From the NCBI GenBank assembly GCA_002269645.1, contig NIVC01001813.1:1-64000 (forward strand): a DNA stretch of 64,000 bases, read 5' to 3'. The DNA is from Macrostomum lignano. Taxonomy: Eukaryota. Shown here piece by piece: positions 12,012 to 24,860 of the stretch. Position 1 is the stretch's first letter. Every line of letters begins with the position of its first letter. Position numbers and translations under genes: made by a program. A model generated the notes under the pieces. That model had not been told where the DNA came from, did no database searches, and saw only the letters and a list, made by a program, of their open reading frames with translations.

Positions 12012-15000
12012 ATGGGCCAGGTGTTCAGTAATAAAGGTGATTATTTTGATAGAAATAAAAGCTATGCTTTTCACATTTTAAGGGTAAGTAACCTTCCTCT
12101 TAGGCTTAGGCTAAATTGATAAGAGTTAGGCCTAGGCCTATGACTTGTTTTTAAACTCTTAATTAGGCTTAGGGCCTAGCCTAGGGCCTAGTAATACTAA
12201 TAGCCCTATATTGTTATTAGGCCTGAACAACATGATGAAAAATGAATATGAATCTTTGATTTAAAATCAGTGAGTTTGATTGTTTGAAATCAATATTTAT
12301 AATATAAACTTTAAAACTTAACATTTTAATAGCAATTTTATATTGCTATATAAGCCTATAGGCCTAGCCCTATTAGCCTTAAAATGTCTTAGTCTAGACC
12401 TAGACCATAATAAGAATCCTACCTAGGCTGTCCTAGGTAAGGCTAGGCTAGGCTAGGTTAGGTCTAAAATTATAAGATAGGCCCTAAGCCTAGGTCTAAT
12501 AGTAATTAGTAATAAATAATAACATAAGTATCAAATTACAAAGCTCATACCTCAATCAATAAAATAATTTTTGATTTTATTGGTTTGTATTTTTATTTAT
12601 ATAATTTTTTCTCTATCTGCTATTTTTTTATTTTACTACCTTTTTTATTATATATTTTGTTTATTTGAACTTTAATTAAGTCTTAGGCCTATATTAATTC
12701 TTTAATTAATCTTTACTACAAATTGTTTTTTGATCTCAACATTTTGTTTTATATAATATGGTCATGATATGGCTCTATTAATTAAATACTAATTTGTAAG
12801 ATTCCCTATTGAAATAGGTTTAAAAAACCTATGGATATGCAATATGTGGTCTAAATCTAATAGAGATGCTCATTTAATAAATAATAGAGAAATGAAAGCC
12901 AAAATCAATATATAAGTAAATTATTGTTATAGCTAATGCGTTTCAACACAAACAGTCATTTTCAAGGCTTGCACTCATGATTTACAATTCTGTATATTTA
13001 AATAAATAAAGAAAAATGAAAACTGTATAGGGCAATAGATAAATGGGTTTAGTCTAGTTGATAATTATACACTAAAAGACAAAAATAAATTAAATTATTA
13101 AACAGAACAAACACAGCTAACAATATTGGCAGGAAAAGAGCCACATACCCATACCAAGCCTAAATCAATTACTAGCAATGCCATCATGATTGCTAGCATA
13201 AATGTCTATATCAATTGCAGCCTCCTTGGAGGCTGGTATCAGACCTTTATCAGAATAAGGCAATAGAAGCTCATCAGTATTGCTGCCTTGCTTTTGCATT
13301 CAAGGAGCTTGTCTGTGGCCCAACTCTAGCTCCACTTGTTATTGGTTAAGTTGAAGGTATAGTTGATCTAGTAGGAGTTTGAGTGTCAATTACCTTTTCT
13401 TCCATTACAAATCAAAATAATGCTCATTGATTATTTTTTATGTAACCAAGTCTACTAATATCATTATATCATATCATTAGGACTTTAATTTATTTTGTTT
13501 TTAAGTTGCAAACCAGACTACAGTAGCAGCAGACAAAGTACAATCAATAGATCAAGGAGAGTAAAAATTAAAATGGCTGATTAAAACTTGCAGTTTTATA
13601 TGCATTTGTGATATGAAATTCTCTGTTATTATGATTCACACAAAATATTCAAAGTAGTATCAGGTTAGATTTTTCAAAAAAAGTAATTTTAATTTTAGTT
13701 AAAGGCCTATTGGCATCTTGTATAAATTTTTGATAGGCCTGTTTCATAATTTAAGATTTACCTTTAGGCTTTAGACTAAGGACTTTTACAAGTATAATGA
13801 AAAAAATGATCAATTAATTAAACACTGCCTATTTTTATCATAGTTAGCTTAAATTTATTATTAATTCTTAATACTGTAGGTGCAGCACAACTCTCCTGCA
13901 AAGCAAGCTGGTCTTCAGCCATATTTCGACTTTATACTAGCTATTAATGGGCAGCATGTGGTAAGGAGCTTTGTGTTCTTGCTTTTATTGACCTTTAAAT
14001 TTGTAGACCTTTGGCGTCTGCGGTGCCAAAATAAATGCTTGCCTTCGGCGCCAAAATAAGTGCCTGTGCGGCGCCAAAATGGATGCTTGGCTTTGCGCCA
14101 AAATGAGTGCCTGTCTGTGGCGCCTAAATGGATGCTTGCCTTCAGCGCCAAAATAAGTGCCTGTGCGGCGCCAAAATGGATGCTTGCCTTCGGTGCCAAA
14201 ATAAGTGCCTGTGCGGCGCCAAAATGGATGCTTGGCTTTGCGCCAAAATGAGTGCCTGTCTGTGGCGCCTAAATGGATGCTTGCCTTCAGCGCCAAAATA
14301 AGTGCCTGTCTGTGGCGCCTAAATGGATGCTTGCCTTCAGCGCCAAATTAAGTGCCTGTCTGTGGCGCCTAAATGGATGCTTGCCTTCAGCGCCAAATTA
14401 AGTGCCTGTGCGGCGCCAAAATGGATGCTTGCCTTCGGCGCCAAAATAAGTGCCTGTGCGGCGCCAAAATGGATGCTTGCCTTCGGTGCCAAAATAAGTG
14501 CCTGTGCGGCGCCAAAATTGATGCTTGCCCTCGGCGCCAAAATAACTGCCTGTCTGCGGCGCCAAAATGGATGCTTGCCTTCGGTGCCAAAATAAGTGCC
14601 TGTCTGTGGCGCCAAAATGGATGCTTGGCTTCGGCGCCAAAATGAGTGCCTGTTTGTGGCGCCAAAATGGATGCTTGGCTTCGGTGCCAAAATGAGTGCC
14701 TGTCTGTGGCGCCTAAATGGATGCTTGCCTTCAGCGCCAAAATGAGTGTCTGTCTGTGGCGCCAAAATGGATGCTTGGCTTCGGCGCCAAAATGAGTGCC
14801 TGTCTGTGGCGCCTAAATGGATGCTTGCCTTCAGCGCCAAAATGAGTGGTTTTCCATAATAGATCCTTCGTGCAAAATTGAACTTCTCTTAGTCTAGCAA
14901 AATATCTTCACCTGCAGACACCGGAACGGCAGCTGCACTCATTGCTGAGGCCGACTTCTCAAGCTCTGTCCTCAGTTGACCTCACCGTGTACAGCAGTAA

Positions 15001-15484
15001 GCAGCGCACGGTCCGCCAGGTTCACATTGACCTGGCCTCTGGCTCGGAGCCTGGCAGCGGCCAGTGGGGCGGCCAGGGCCTCCTTGGCGTCAGCGTGCGT
15101 CTGTGCTGCAGCACCGGCCAGCCGGCCTTGGCCTGGCGCGTGCTGGACGTGGCGCCAGGCTCCCCGGCCAGTGTGGCCGGCCTGCGCCCCGACAGCGACT
15201 TCATTGTTGGCGGGGCCGCTGTCGTGGACTGCGATGCCGCCGACTGCAGAACAGGCTCCGCTCCGCTGCACACGCACGAGGACCTGTTCGAGCTGATCGA
15301 ATCTCACGCAGCTGCCCAGTCCGCGCTGCAGCTGCACGTCTACTGTAGCAGCACTGAGCAGTTCCGCCTGCTGACCGTCAGGCCCGACCCCAACTGGGGC
15401 GGCGACGGCGCTCTGGGCTGCGGACTGGGCTACGGATATCTGCACCAGATTCCCGATGGCGGGGCAGCCTCTGAGTGCAGCTGA
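12012..15484 (+). CDS. GORASP: Golgi reassembly-stacking protein (GRASP55/65 family), about 239 aa; exons 12012-12083, 13880-13960, 14918-15484
   Basis: Exon 1 MGQVFS..YAFHILR|gtaagt; exon 2 VQHNSPAKQAGLQPYFDFILAING|gtaagg; exon 3 contains WGGQGLLGVSVR, WRVLDVAPGSPASVAGLRP and WGGDGALGCGLGYGYLHQIP. These match the tandem GRASP PDZ domains. Both introns are phase 0 GT-AG. Confidence 0.9.
14010..14845. repeat. About 48-bp dimeric tandem repeat rich in GGCGCCAAAA, in GORASP intron 2
   Basis: Alternating GGCGCCAAAATGGATGCTTGCCTTC and GGCGCCAAAATAAGTGCCTGTGC subunits. Confidence 0.93.
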
Positions 15485-15544
15485 TCAGGTTGGAGTTCTT
15501 GCTTCGGCTCAGTGCTAATCCGGGTCCTTCAGCGGCCGTCCTAT

Positions 15545-16812
15545 CTCCCGTTTAGATCCTTCAGTGGGCATTCTATCCCCCTGCTAGAGCCTTCAGTGGC
15601 CATTCCATCCCCCATTTAGATCCTTCAGTGGGCATTCTATCCCCCAGCTAAAGCCTTCAGTGGCCATTTTATCCCCCATCTAAAGCCTTTATTGGGAATT
15701 CTATCACCCATCTAAAACCTTCAGTGGGCATTCTATCCCCTATCTAAATCCTTCAGTGGGCATTTTATCCCCCAGCTAAAGCCTTCAGTAGGCATTCTAT
15801 CCCCCATCTAAATCCTTCAGTGGGCATTCTATCCCCCATCTAAAACCTTCAGTGGGCATTCTATCCCCCAGCTAAAGCCTTCAGTGGGCATTCTATCCCC
15901 CAGCTAAATCCTTCAGTGGGCATTCTATTCCCCAGCTAAAGCCTTCAGTGGGCATTCTATCCCCCAGCTAAATCCTTCAGTGGGCATTCTATCCCCCAGC
16001 TAAATCCTTCAGTGGGCATTCTATCCCCATCTAAATCCTTCATTGGGAATTCTATCCCCATCTAAATCCTTCATTGGGAATTCTATCCCCCATCTAAATC
16101 CTTCATTGGGAATTCTATCCCCCATCTAAATCCTTCATTGGGAATTCTATCCCCCAGCTAAATCCTTCAGTGGGCATTCTATCCCCATCTAAATCCTTCA
16201 GTGGGCATTCTATCCCCCATCTAAATCCTTCATTGGGAATTCTATCCCCCATCTAAATCCTTCATTGGGAATTCTATCCCCCAGCTAAATCCTTCAGTGG
16301 GCATTCTATCCCCATCTAAATCCTTCAGTGGGCATTCTATCCCCATCTAAATCCTTCAGTGGGCATTCTATCCCCCAGCTAAATCCTTCAGTGGGCATTC
16401 TATCCCCCATCTAAATCCTTCATTGGGAATTCTATCCCCCATCTAAATCCTTCATTGGGAATTCTATCCCCCATCTAAATCCTTCATTGGGAATTCTATC
16501 CCCCAGCTAAATCCTTCAGTGGGCATTCTATCCCCCATCTAAATCCTTCAGTGGGCATTCTATCCCCCATCTAAATCCTTCATTGGGAATTCTATCCCCC
16601 ATCTAAATCCTTCATTGGGAATTCTATCCCCCATCTAAATCCTTCATTGGGAATTCTATCCCCCAGCTAAATCCTTCAGTGGGCATTCTATCCCCCATCT
16701 AAATCCTTCATTGGGAATTCTATCCCCCATCTAAATCCTTCATTGGGAATTCTATCCCCCATCTAAATCCTTCATTGGGAATTCTATCCCCCAGCTAAAT
16801 CCTTCAGTGGGC
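15545..16812. repeat. 31-32-bp minisatellite (TAAATCCTTCAGTGGGCATTCTATCCCCCATC)n, just 3' of GORASP
   Basis: About 40 copies, more degenerate at the 5' end. Confidence 0.95.
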
Positions 16813-19800
16813 AGGATACCCTTCAAATGATGTATAAGCAATTAGTGATCGCTTTGAGCCCGCACAAAAACGCACTGCAATATCGGGATTTGCACTGTAG
16901 ACCATCTTGCCAGCTTCAAACCAATTGCAGCTGTCAGGTTGTTACTCAATGCCAGTGCTATAGCAGTAAAGCTTTCGATAGCTCCCGACTGACAGAAGAG
17001 CTCAAACAAAATTCTTAGGGTCGGGTTTAACGCAAGCTGACAGAGGAGTTTTACTGACTCATTGATCCCAATGCCCGCACTGCTTGTACTGGCTTGGTCA
17101 GTTTAGCCAATGCAGCTGACTTTGCAGTCCCTATCGGTGCAATATAATCTTTTCTACAGCCGTTTCTGATAGCTCCCGACAGAAGCGCGCCTTTGGCAAC
17201 TGACCAGTGCGGCTGTTGGGTTTAACAGAAACTGACATTACTGCTGGCTTTGCCTACTTCTAGTAGAGTTTGCCGCTTTTAAATTTTAATCAGATATCAA
17301 ACCGATGGATTTCTCGGGGCTGAGAATAGTCTACTCATCAGTAGTCTGGTGCAGTTCATATTATTATTTTGGAAATTGACTTCCCATGGTCTGTTTTGCC
17401 AATTACAGCCTGAGCCAGTCCGACAGACCTCCACTTCGAACTCTGCATCGATTTGAAACTGATTTTTGACCTGCTGCTTGTTCATACAGCTGGTGTGCTA
17501 AAATTTCAACTCATTTTTTTACTATTTTTATACTGCTGATTTTACAAAATTGTGTGAAGTGCCCTTTTTGACAAAATTTTACTTTGATAAATATACATCG
17601 ATACAAATAGTTGTCTTTATTGCATATTTACTGAGAAACTGTGTAAAAATCTGGTTCATCAGGCATCGAGTTGTTGCTATAATAATAATTGATTACACCT
17701 GTCCTAATGGCCAGATATGCAACCAACAGCTGAGCCGCAGCTATTGCGCGGCGCATCTGAAGGCTGCGTACGGCCTTTCAGTCAGGAGTCCGATGTTCTA
17801 ACCATTGGGCTATAAATAAGCTATTATAATGCCTTGCTATAATCATCCAGCTTCCTCTGTTGGCCCATCATCTGTTATCCCGGGTGCAGCTTGGCCTGGC
17901 ATCTGCAGTTGTCGATCTGGTCCGAGTCGAAGCGAGAAGTATGCGCAGCGCGTCTGTGTAATCTGATCGGCTGTCTTTGCTCAATCAGCTGATCGATCAT
18001 CGCCACTTTAGTCTTGTCACAACGACTACTACATATTCCTTTAGTGTCTACAAGTGTTAAAAGTACATCTGTATCTTTCCTGCGCTTGACCAATCGAGTG
18101 CAAGCAACGGCCAATTGGCTTTGCTTGCTGAGAGGAGCGTTTCGTTGACGGCTCGTGTTGTCAAATACAGCCGAGGCCTGCTGAAATGCGACCGGCTGTA
18201 GCTAATGCTAACATGGCCTGTTCGTCCGGCTGGCGGCCTCGGTCCGCGTCCTTCCGAGTCGGCGGCGCGACCGACTCGCGCACACTGCGTACTGAAATTG
18301 GAGGCTCGACTGCCGCCGCTGTGTATGCCTCCGTGCCTCAGCTGTCTCGGGTTGTCTCGCCAGAAGGCCGCTCCTGTCAGCTGTGTCAGTTTGAGCAGGA
18401 TGAAGGTACATGCGTCTTGTTTAAGCAATTTCTGTCCGTAAACATGCTTGAAATTTTTAACTACATCTTCGTGTACAGCATCCTGCCACCCGCGGAACTT
18501 CCATGAATGATAAGTGCCGTTAAATGCCTAAAATATAGTGGCTACTTAAGTGCTTAACTATTAGACTGAACACTGAAGAAATCTGAAGTTAAAGAGCTGT
18601 TATTCTTCTTTCAACAGCCGGGTCCTTGATCTTGGGTTCCGTCCAAACAACATGTAAAGCAGGACGCTGCACTCGCAAATCTTGGGCAAGTGTTTTTGGA
18701 GGCCGGTTTTCGATGCAGCATGCAAGAGAAAGAGATAAGGAAGTTTTCAGCTTTTGCTCGTATAGCTCAAAATTCAAAATACTTCACCTGGACTTCTGGA
18801 TTCCAAATGAGACAAGTTTTTTGAGAGAAGGGCAACAGGAGCTGAGGAACACTGAGACCTGACGAGTCCCCCTGAGGCCCTGAGCGTCATAACTTCGATG
18901 GATTTTTGTTGGTCACTAGGGGCTAACGGAATGGGCTGGAACGCATCTACTTCCACGCTGCATCCGCCAGACAATGCCACCTGTAGCTGAGTCAAAGCGC
19001 TGAATAAGGTTTCGCAATAGACTAATCAAGGACCATTGTAGTATAACAGGTCGTAAAAATCAAAGGTCGTGTAAATTTTGGAGGACTACTTCCCGAGAAA
19101 ATCCTACTGCGAATTAAGATAGGAAAAAATCATTTTTTATTAGATTGATCTGGGGCAGTGAAGGTTACAATTTGTCAAATTTAGCTGTGTAAACTTAGAG
19201 TTTCATTTTTGGTAAGCCATTATTGCAGGTATAATTCCATTTCAATGCATATTACAAAGTTCGGGCCACATCCGCTCGTACATTGCACAGTTTTTGCTTG
19301 TAACTTTTGGGCTTATGAAATAAAAAGAAAACAATATGAAAATGAAACTTTAACTACACAGCTACATGTAAATTAAATAGCCACAACAGAGTAACATACT
19401 GTGGATGCTAAATTAAAAGAAGGAACTTGGCTTGCTTTCCGGTCTCGGTTAAAGCATTTCATAAAAAAATAGTTTGGTAGACTTGCATGCATCTCGGCCT
19501 AAGCACAGGTTTCTACATGCTTTTACTTTGCAATTTGGAAGTTCAGAAAGTGAGATATTGAGAATTTAAGGGCAAATAAAAATTGAAATTTTCTGCTCTC
19601 TCAAAATTTTGTGCCATTTTCCTGGCACAAAATTGGCACGATTTGAGTGTCGATGGGCATTACAAATGCAATCACCAGTCCGATCATATTCAACGCTTCA
19701 GTCAAAGGATTCACTCGAGGGAGTGTCTGCTCTGCCGCTCTCATTCCCACTAGCGCATGGGGCCTTAGCGACAGCTTGAGCACACATATGCACGCTTTTT

Positions 19801-20489
19801 TAATTGGATTTGTCAGCATTCCGTGCTGTGGTCATTTCCACAATTCGTTGGAATTCCCACTTGTAAAATGGCTTGAATAGAAGCATGAAACATGCGATTG
19901 CTGGCTTCATGGACTGTTAAAGCGAATGGACACCTGCACGCATGAAGGGTGTAAAATTGAAAGGGTTCGGCTTGAAGCATTTCGCAGTAAGTAACTAAAA
20001 TGCACAGCAAATGAATAGTATGAGCGTAAACAAAAAGTAAACGAGAAGTGTCCGGTTTGTAGTTTAACAATGAGGCCGATGCACTCAAAGCGTCTACGGT
20101 TGATGGTAATAAACTTTTTCGGTCACTTAAATCTACAAACTCTACCTAGTAACCGGAATTCTGACATTTTTGGCCACTCGCGGGTCAACTTACAACTGGC
20201 AACTTTTTCGTCTACTTTTAATATGAATCATACAGTGAGTGCATAGTACAGACTATAAGACGCAAAAATTTCGGCTCATGGTCGCCATGCACGGTCAGGT
20301 TAACTTCTTATACAGGTTTCTTCGAATCTTACCTGAAATATACATAGCTTGACATGTAATTCTCATAGAAATCAAATTACGAGTACTGGGTAAATTCTCG
20401 TAATCCGCCTATCAGTGGCCGGAAAATTCCGACCCTCGGTCCGTTGAAACTTCACAATAGCAACCCGGCCCGCTCAATGTTTATTTCTC

Positions 20490-21180
20490 TTCTCAGTGCT
20501 CCTCTCTAATCTCCTCTCTCTTCTCTCCTCTCTTCTCTCTTCTCCTCTCCTCTACTATCCTCTCCTCTACTATCCTCTCCTCTCCTCTCCTCCCTTCTCC
20601 TCTCTTCTCCTCTCTACTCTCCTCTCCTCTCCTCTCTCCTTTCCTCTCCTCTCCTCTTCTCTCTTCTCTCCTCTCCTCTCCTCTCTCCTTTCCTCTCCTC
20701 TCCTCTTCTCTTTTCTCTCCTCTACTCTCCTCTCTTCTCTCATCTCCTCTCCTCTCTCCTTTCCTCTCCTCTCCTCACCTCTCTCATCTCCTCTCCTCTC
20801 TCCTTTCCTCTCCTCTCCTCTCCTCTCCTCTCATCTCCTCTCCTTTCCTCTCCTCTCCTCTTCTCTCTTCTCTCCTCTCCTCTCCTCTCCCTCCTATCTC
20901 TTCTCTTTTCTCTCCTCTACTCTTCTCTCATCTCCTCTCCTCTCTCCTTTCCTCTCTTCACCTCTCTCATCTCCTCTCTCCTTTCCTTTCCTCTCCTCTT
21001 TCCTCTCCTCTCCTCTTTCCTCTCCTCTCCTCTTCTATCCTCTCTTCTATCCTCTCCTCTCTCCTCTCCTCTCCTCTCCTCTCCTCTCCTCTCTCCTCTT
21101 ATCTTGTCCTTCCTTTCCTTCTCCTCTCCTCGCCTCTACTTTCTCCTACGCTCATATAATTCTCTGCTCTATCCTCTCTC
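20490..21180. repeat. (CTCCT)n-like polypyrimidine low-complexity tract
   Basis: Directly visible. It explains ORF 20496-21275. Confidence 0.95.
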
Positions 21181-21549
21181 CCTTCTCTTGCCTGCAGTCA
21201 GGGACTACTGGGCGCGTTTTGCTTACGGGGGCCCAGCGAAGCAAACCCAGAAGGGCAGTCATTGCGCCACGCTAGCTTCTCAATCTGGCCCTTAAGGTGA
21301 AATGCTAACCAATGCACTGAAAGCACTAGGCTTATGCACATTCGATAAAAACTGTAGTGGAATGGAGATTGAGAACAACATGAACTATTATATCAGCTGA
21401 TACCCCCCTTAGCTTCCAAGACTCAGAAAAGCCAGAGCCCAAAACCAGTCGACACTTGTTTAAAATTCAAAAAGGGCACTTGCTGGATCATGCTAAAAAG
21501 TGGGGGCTCCAGCCCCCCGTACCCCCACCCCCCCGGTACCGACACCCCT

Positions 21550-21715
21550 GCCTCCTCTCCTCTCCTCTCCTCTCCTCTCCTCTCCTCTCCTCTCCTCTCC
21601 TCTCCTCTCCTCTCCTCTCCTCTCTTCTCCTCTCTCCTTTTCTCTCCTCTCTTCTCCTCTCTCCTCTTCTCTCCTCCTCTCTTCTCCTCTCTTCTCCTCT
21701 CCCCTCCTCCATTCC
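21550..21715. repeat. (CTCCT)n microsatellite
   Basis: Directly visible. Confidence 0.93.
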
Positions 21716-21861
21716 TCCGGCCCGCAGTCATGCTCTAAGGTATTTTTTCGACCCTGAGCCCTAGATTTTCTAAGAATTCTTTCAATATTACACTCGTATT
21801 TGAGAAGCTCCACCATTGTCTGTCGAGCAGTACTCAATGAATTCTCCCCGCCTCTGTGACA

Positions 21862-22359
21862 GCCACGGCTTCCGGAATTTCACCAGACGACGACCAGCTG
21901 GTGACGCTGATTGACAGCGGCGGCGGCGGCAGCGGCCTGCTTCAAGGCAGCCGGCACTCGCTGCACGGCCTGGCGGAGCCATGCGAACGGCACCCTCGCC
22001 AGTTCCAGCCGCAGCCGGGCAATGCGAATCGCACAACCTACCTGATCGTGTCCGTGCTCACCGCTGTGTTCATCAACCTGCCGTTCGGCCTGGCTGCCCT
22101 GGCCTGCTCAGTCCGCTCGCACTCGGAGCTGGTCACGGCGCTGGCGATGCAGCAGCAGCTGATCCTTCAAGAGCAGCAGCGCGGCCGCAGCTCGCAGGAC
22201 TCGGCTGGGCGAGCTCACCAGCAGAGGCGACGCCTCCGACGAGCTCGACTGTTGGGCAGAGCGGCTCTGTGCGTGAGCCTCACTGGCATTGTCGTGAGCA
22301 TGACAACCGTCATCGCTATGTTCACGAGCGGCCTGATTAAGTCCACCCTCTATAGCTGA
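21862..22359 (+). CDS. CD225/dispanin (IFITM/PRRT-like) membrane protein, terminal exon; start exon not identified
   Basis: TYLIVSVLTAVFINLPFGLAALACSVRS...RARLLGRAALCVSLTGIVVSMTTVIAMF matches the CD225 layout (intramembrane helix, G..A...S, loop, A...R.A, C-terminal TM). There is an in-frame TGA at 21838 and no in-frame ATG upstream of the domain. A pyrimidine-rich acceptor ...ctctgtgacag ends at 21861. Confidence 0.7.
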   Translation, partial: ATASGISPDDDQLVTLIDSGGGGSGLLQGSRHSLHGLAEPCERHPRQFQPQPGNANRTTYLIVSVLTAVFINLPFGLAALACSVRSHSELVTALAMQQQLILQEQQRGRSSQDSAGRAHQQRRRLRRARLLGRAALCVSLTGIVVSMTTVIAMFTSGLIKSTLYS

Positions 22360-23244
22360 ACAGGCCTGGATATCAACATCAGCCTAGACTCGTTTGTCAA
22401 AGAATGTCTCAAGAAAGCCATGATGCTGAAGCGGGAAATTTAGGCATAAAAAACATTTCATAAACTTTCTTGCCAGCCTGTTATGCGTTTGAAATTCTGC
22501 GCGATGCGACTATTCTCTAATTCAATTTAACACTGTGTTGTAAAGTTTACGTCCTACTATCAATAGTATAAATCGGTCTGTAATCGAAAATTTTTATTGT
22601 TGCAAATAATGGTGCATCAAATTTGCATCTTTGAGAATCGGAGAGAGATTAGGCGATGCTTGAGTCTCCCAAAATTTTTAGATTGCCCGAAGCACCCTCA
22701 CCCCTCCGTGTCTTGGCTTCCTAGGTTTCAATGCTCAGTTGAGTAGCGACTGTCTCAGAAGGAGTGTCTGACTGCCAACTTGAGACAAAGCTACAATAAA
22801 GTCCTTATCTAAATCATCAAGTATTACTCAAGAATCCATAAGTTGTCCTGAGATCTTGCAGCGAGCCCAGTTTGTAACTCTGCATAATAGAGAGCTTAAT
22901 GCAGTGGCAGTTCTGAAGCTTTCCATGCGTTTACAATTGCAAAATTTTCTAAGTGGGAACCATCCTGTTGAAGGTTCCGCAGCTTGCTTCGGAAAATTTT
23001 GGTGCGCGCTCAGACAAGGACTTCTAGATAATAGGATTATCTAGAAGTCCTTGGCTCAGGCACACAAGGCTGTCAATATAAGGCAAGTAGCACATGGGTT
23101 CTGCTCGACAACCCTCTCGTGAATTCGGTGCATTATGCTAAAACCCAACATTATTGGTGTATTGTATCAACAAGGGTCGCCGCTAGAAATAATTTCGTCG
23201 AGATAGCATTAAATGCTACCAATTTTGTGTTGCCGAAGTATAAA

Positions 23245-24183
23245 TACAAGGCTTACTGGGAGAATTGCTGAGATGTCGAGGCTTACTGGGACTGGGAGAA
23301 TTGCTGAGATGTTGAGGCTTACTGGGAGAATTGCTGAGATGTCGAGGCTTACTGGGAGAATTGCTGAGATGTCGAGGCTTACTGGGACTGGGAGAATTGC
23401 TGAGATGTTGAGGCTTACTGGGAGAATTGCTGAGATGTCGAGGCTTACTGGGAGAATTGCTGAGATGTCGAGGCTTACTGGGAGAATTGCTGAGATGTCG
23501 AGGCTTACTGGGAGAATTGCTGAGATGTCGAGGCTTACTGGGACTGGGAGAATTGCTGAGATGTCGAGGCTTACTGGGAGAATTGCTGAGATGTCGAGGC
23601 TTACTGGGAGAATTGCTGAGATGTCGAGGCTTACTGGGACTGGGAGAATTGCTGAGATGTTGAGGCTTACTGGGAGAATTGCTGAGATGTCGAGGCTTAC
23701 TGGGAGAATTGCTGAGATGTCGAGGCTTACTGGGAGAATTGCTGAGATGTCGAGGCTTACTGGGACTGGGAGAATTGCTGAGATGTCGAGACTTACTGGG
23801 AGAATTGCTGAGATGTCGAGGCTTACTGGGAGAATTGCTGAGATGTCGAGGCTTACTGGGACTGGGAGAATTGCTGAGATGTCGAGACTTACTGGGACTG
23901 GGAGAACTGCTGAGATGTCGAGGTTTACTGGGAGAATTGCTGAGATGTCGAGGCTTACTGGGACTGGGAGAACTGCTGAGATGTCGAGGCTTACTGGGAC
24001 TGGGAAAATTGCTGAGATGTCGAGGTTTATTGGGAGAATTGCTGAGATGTCGAGGCTTACTGGGACTGGGAGAACTGCTGAGATGTCGAGGCTTATTGGG
24101 AGAATTGCTGAGATGTCGAGGCTTACTGGGAGAACTGCTGAGATGTCGAGGCTTACTGGGAGAACTGCTGAGATGTCGAGGCT
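23245..24183. repeat. 30-bp minisatellite (GCTTACTGGGAGAATTGCTGAGATGTCGAG)n with 36-bp variant units (+ACTGGG)
   Basis: About 29 copies. It explains ORFs 23213-24364, 23427 and 23679. Confidence 0.95.
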
Positions 24184-24509
24184 TGCATCTGTCCTGTCAA
24201 CTCAACCTGTCGCTAAATCTATTTTTAGTCTGCCAAGTTTGAGCCTTGCAACTGGAGCAGCCAAGAAGTCTGTGAGCGGCGCTGTCTCTCCGACGCCACC
24301 CATAAGAATAAAGACAAATAGTCAGTCATCAATTTGCTCATCCACAATTCACGTTTTTCCCTAGTTGCAAACTTTAGATTTGGTTACTGCGATTGACCTG
24401 TGTGAGTCGCACAGAATAGGGTAAGCTATATTGTACCGAGTACACTGACTCTTGAGTATGAATTGTTCTGCAGTGTAAGACTTGTGGCATTACAATATGG
24501 CTCGCCATC

Positions 24510-24860
24510 ATAAACCCGAAATATCACAAACCCGAAAACTAAAATAGCATTGAGAGTTGCTAGCACTTTCGGAATTATGATTTTTCGGATTTATAATATT
24601 TCGGGTTCATAATGGAAAGTGATTTTTTGGAGTTGTGATATTTCGGCTTTGCGATATTTCGGGTTTGTGATATTTCGGGTTTGTTATATTTCGGGTTTGT
24701 TATATTTCGGGTTTGCGATATTTTGGGTTTGTGATATTTCGGGTTTGTGATATTTCGGGTTTGTGATATTTCGGGTTTGCGATATTTTGGGTTTGTGATA
24801 TTTCGGGTTTGCGATATTTCGTTCATAATGGAAAGCTTTTTGGACTTGTGATATTTCGGG
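24510..24860. repeat. 16-bp tandem repeat (ATATTTCGGGTTTGTG)n with an inverted partner at 24510-24537; probable DNA-transposon subterminal array
   Basis: Array at about 24590-24860, with AAACCCGAAATATCACAAACCCGAAA upstream in the opposite orientation. Confidence 0.75.

Noticed and set aside
17850-20100. Short stop-interrupted coding-like stretches (e.g. DCICNAHR on the minus strand near 19650)
   Set aside because: Probably decayed transposon sequence, but no family motif could be recognised with confidence.
21465-21550. CAGGGGTGTCGGTACCGGGGG.. end resembling a hAT-type MITE terminus (minus strand)
   Set aside because: No partner TIR or TSD was found.
23213-24364. 383-aa RLTGRIAEMS-repeat ORF
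   Set aside because: It is a 30/36-bp minisatellite with no domain content.
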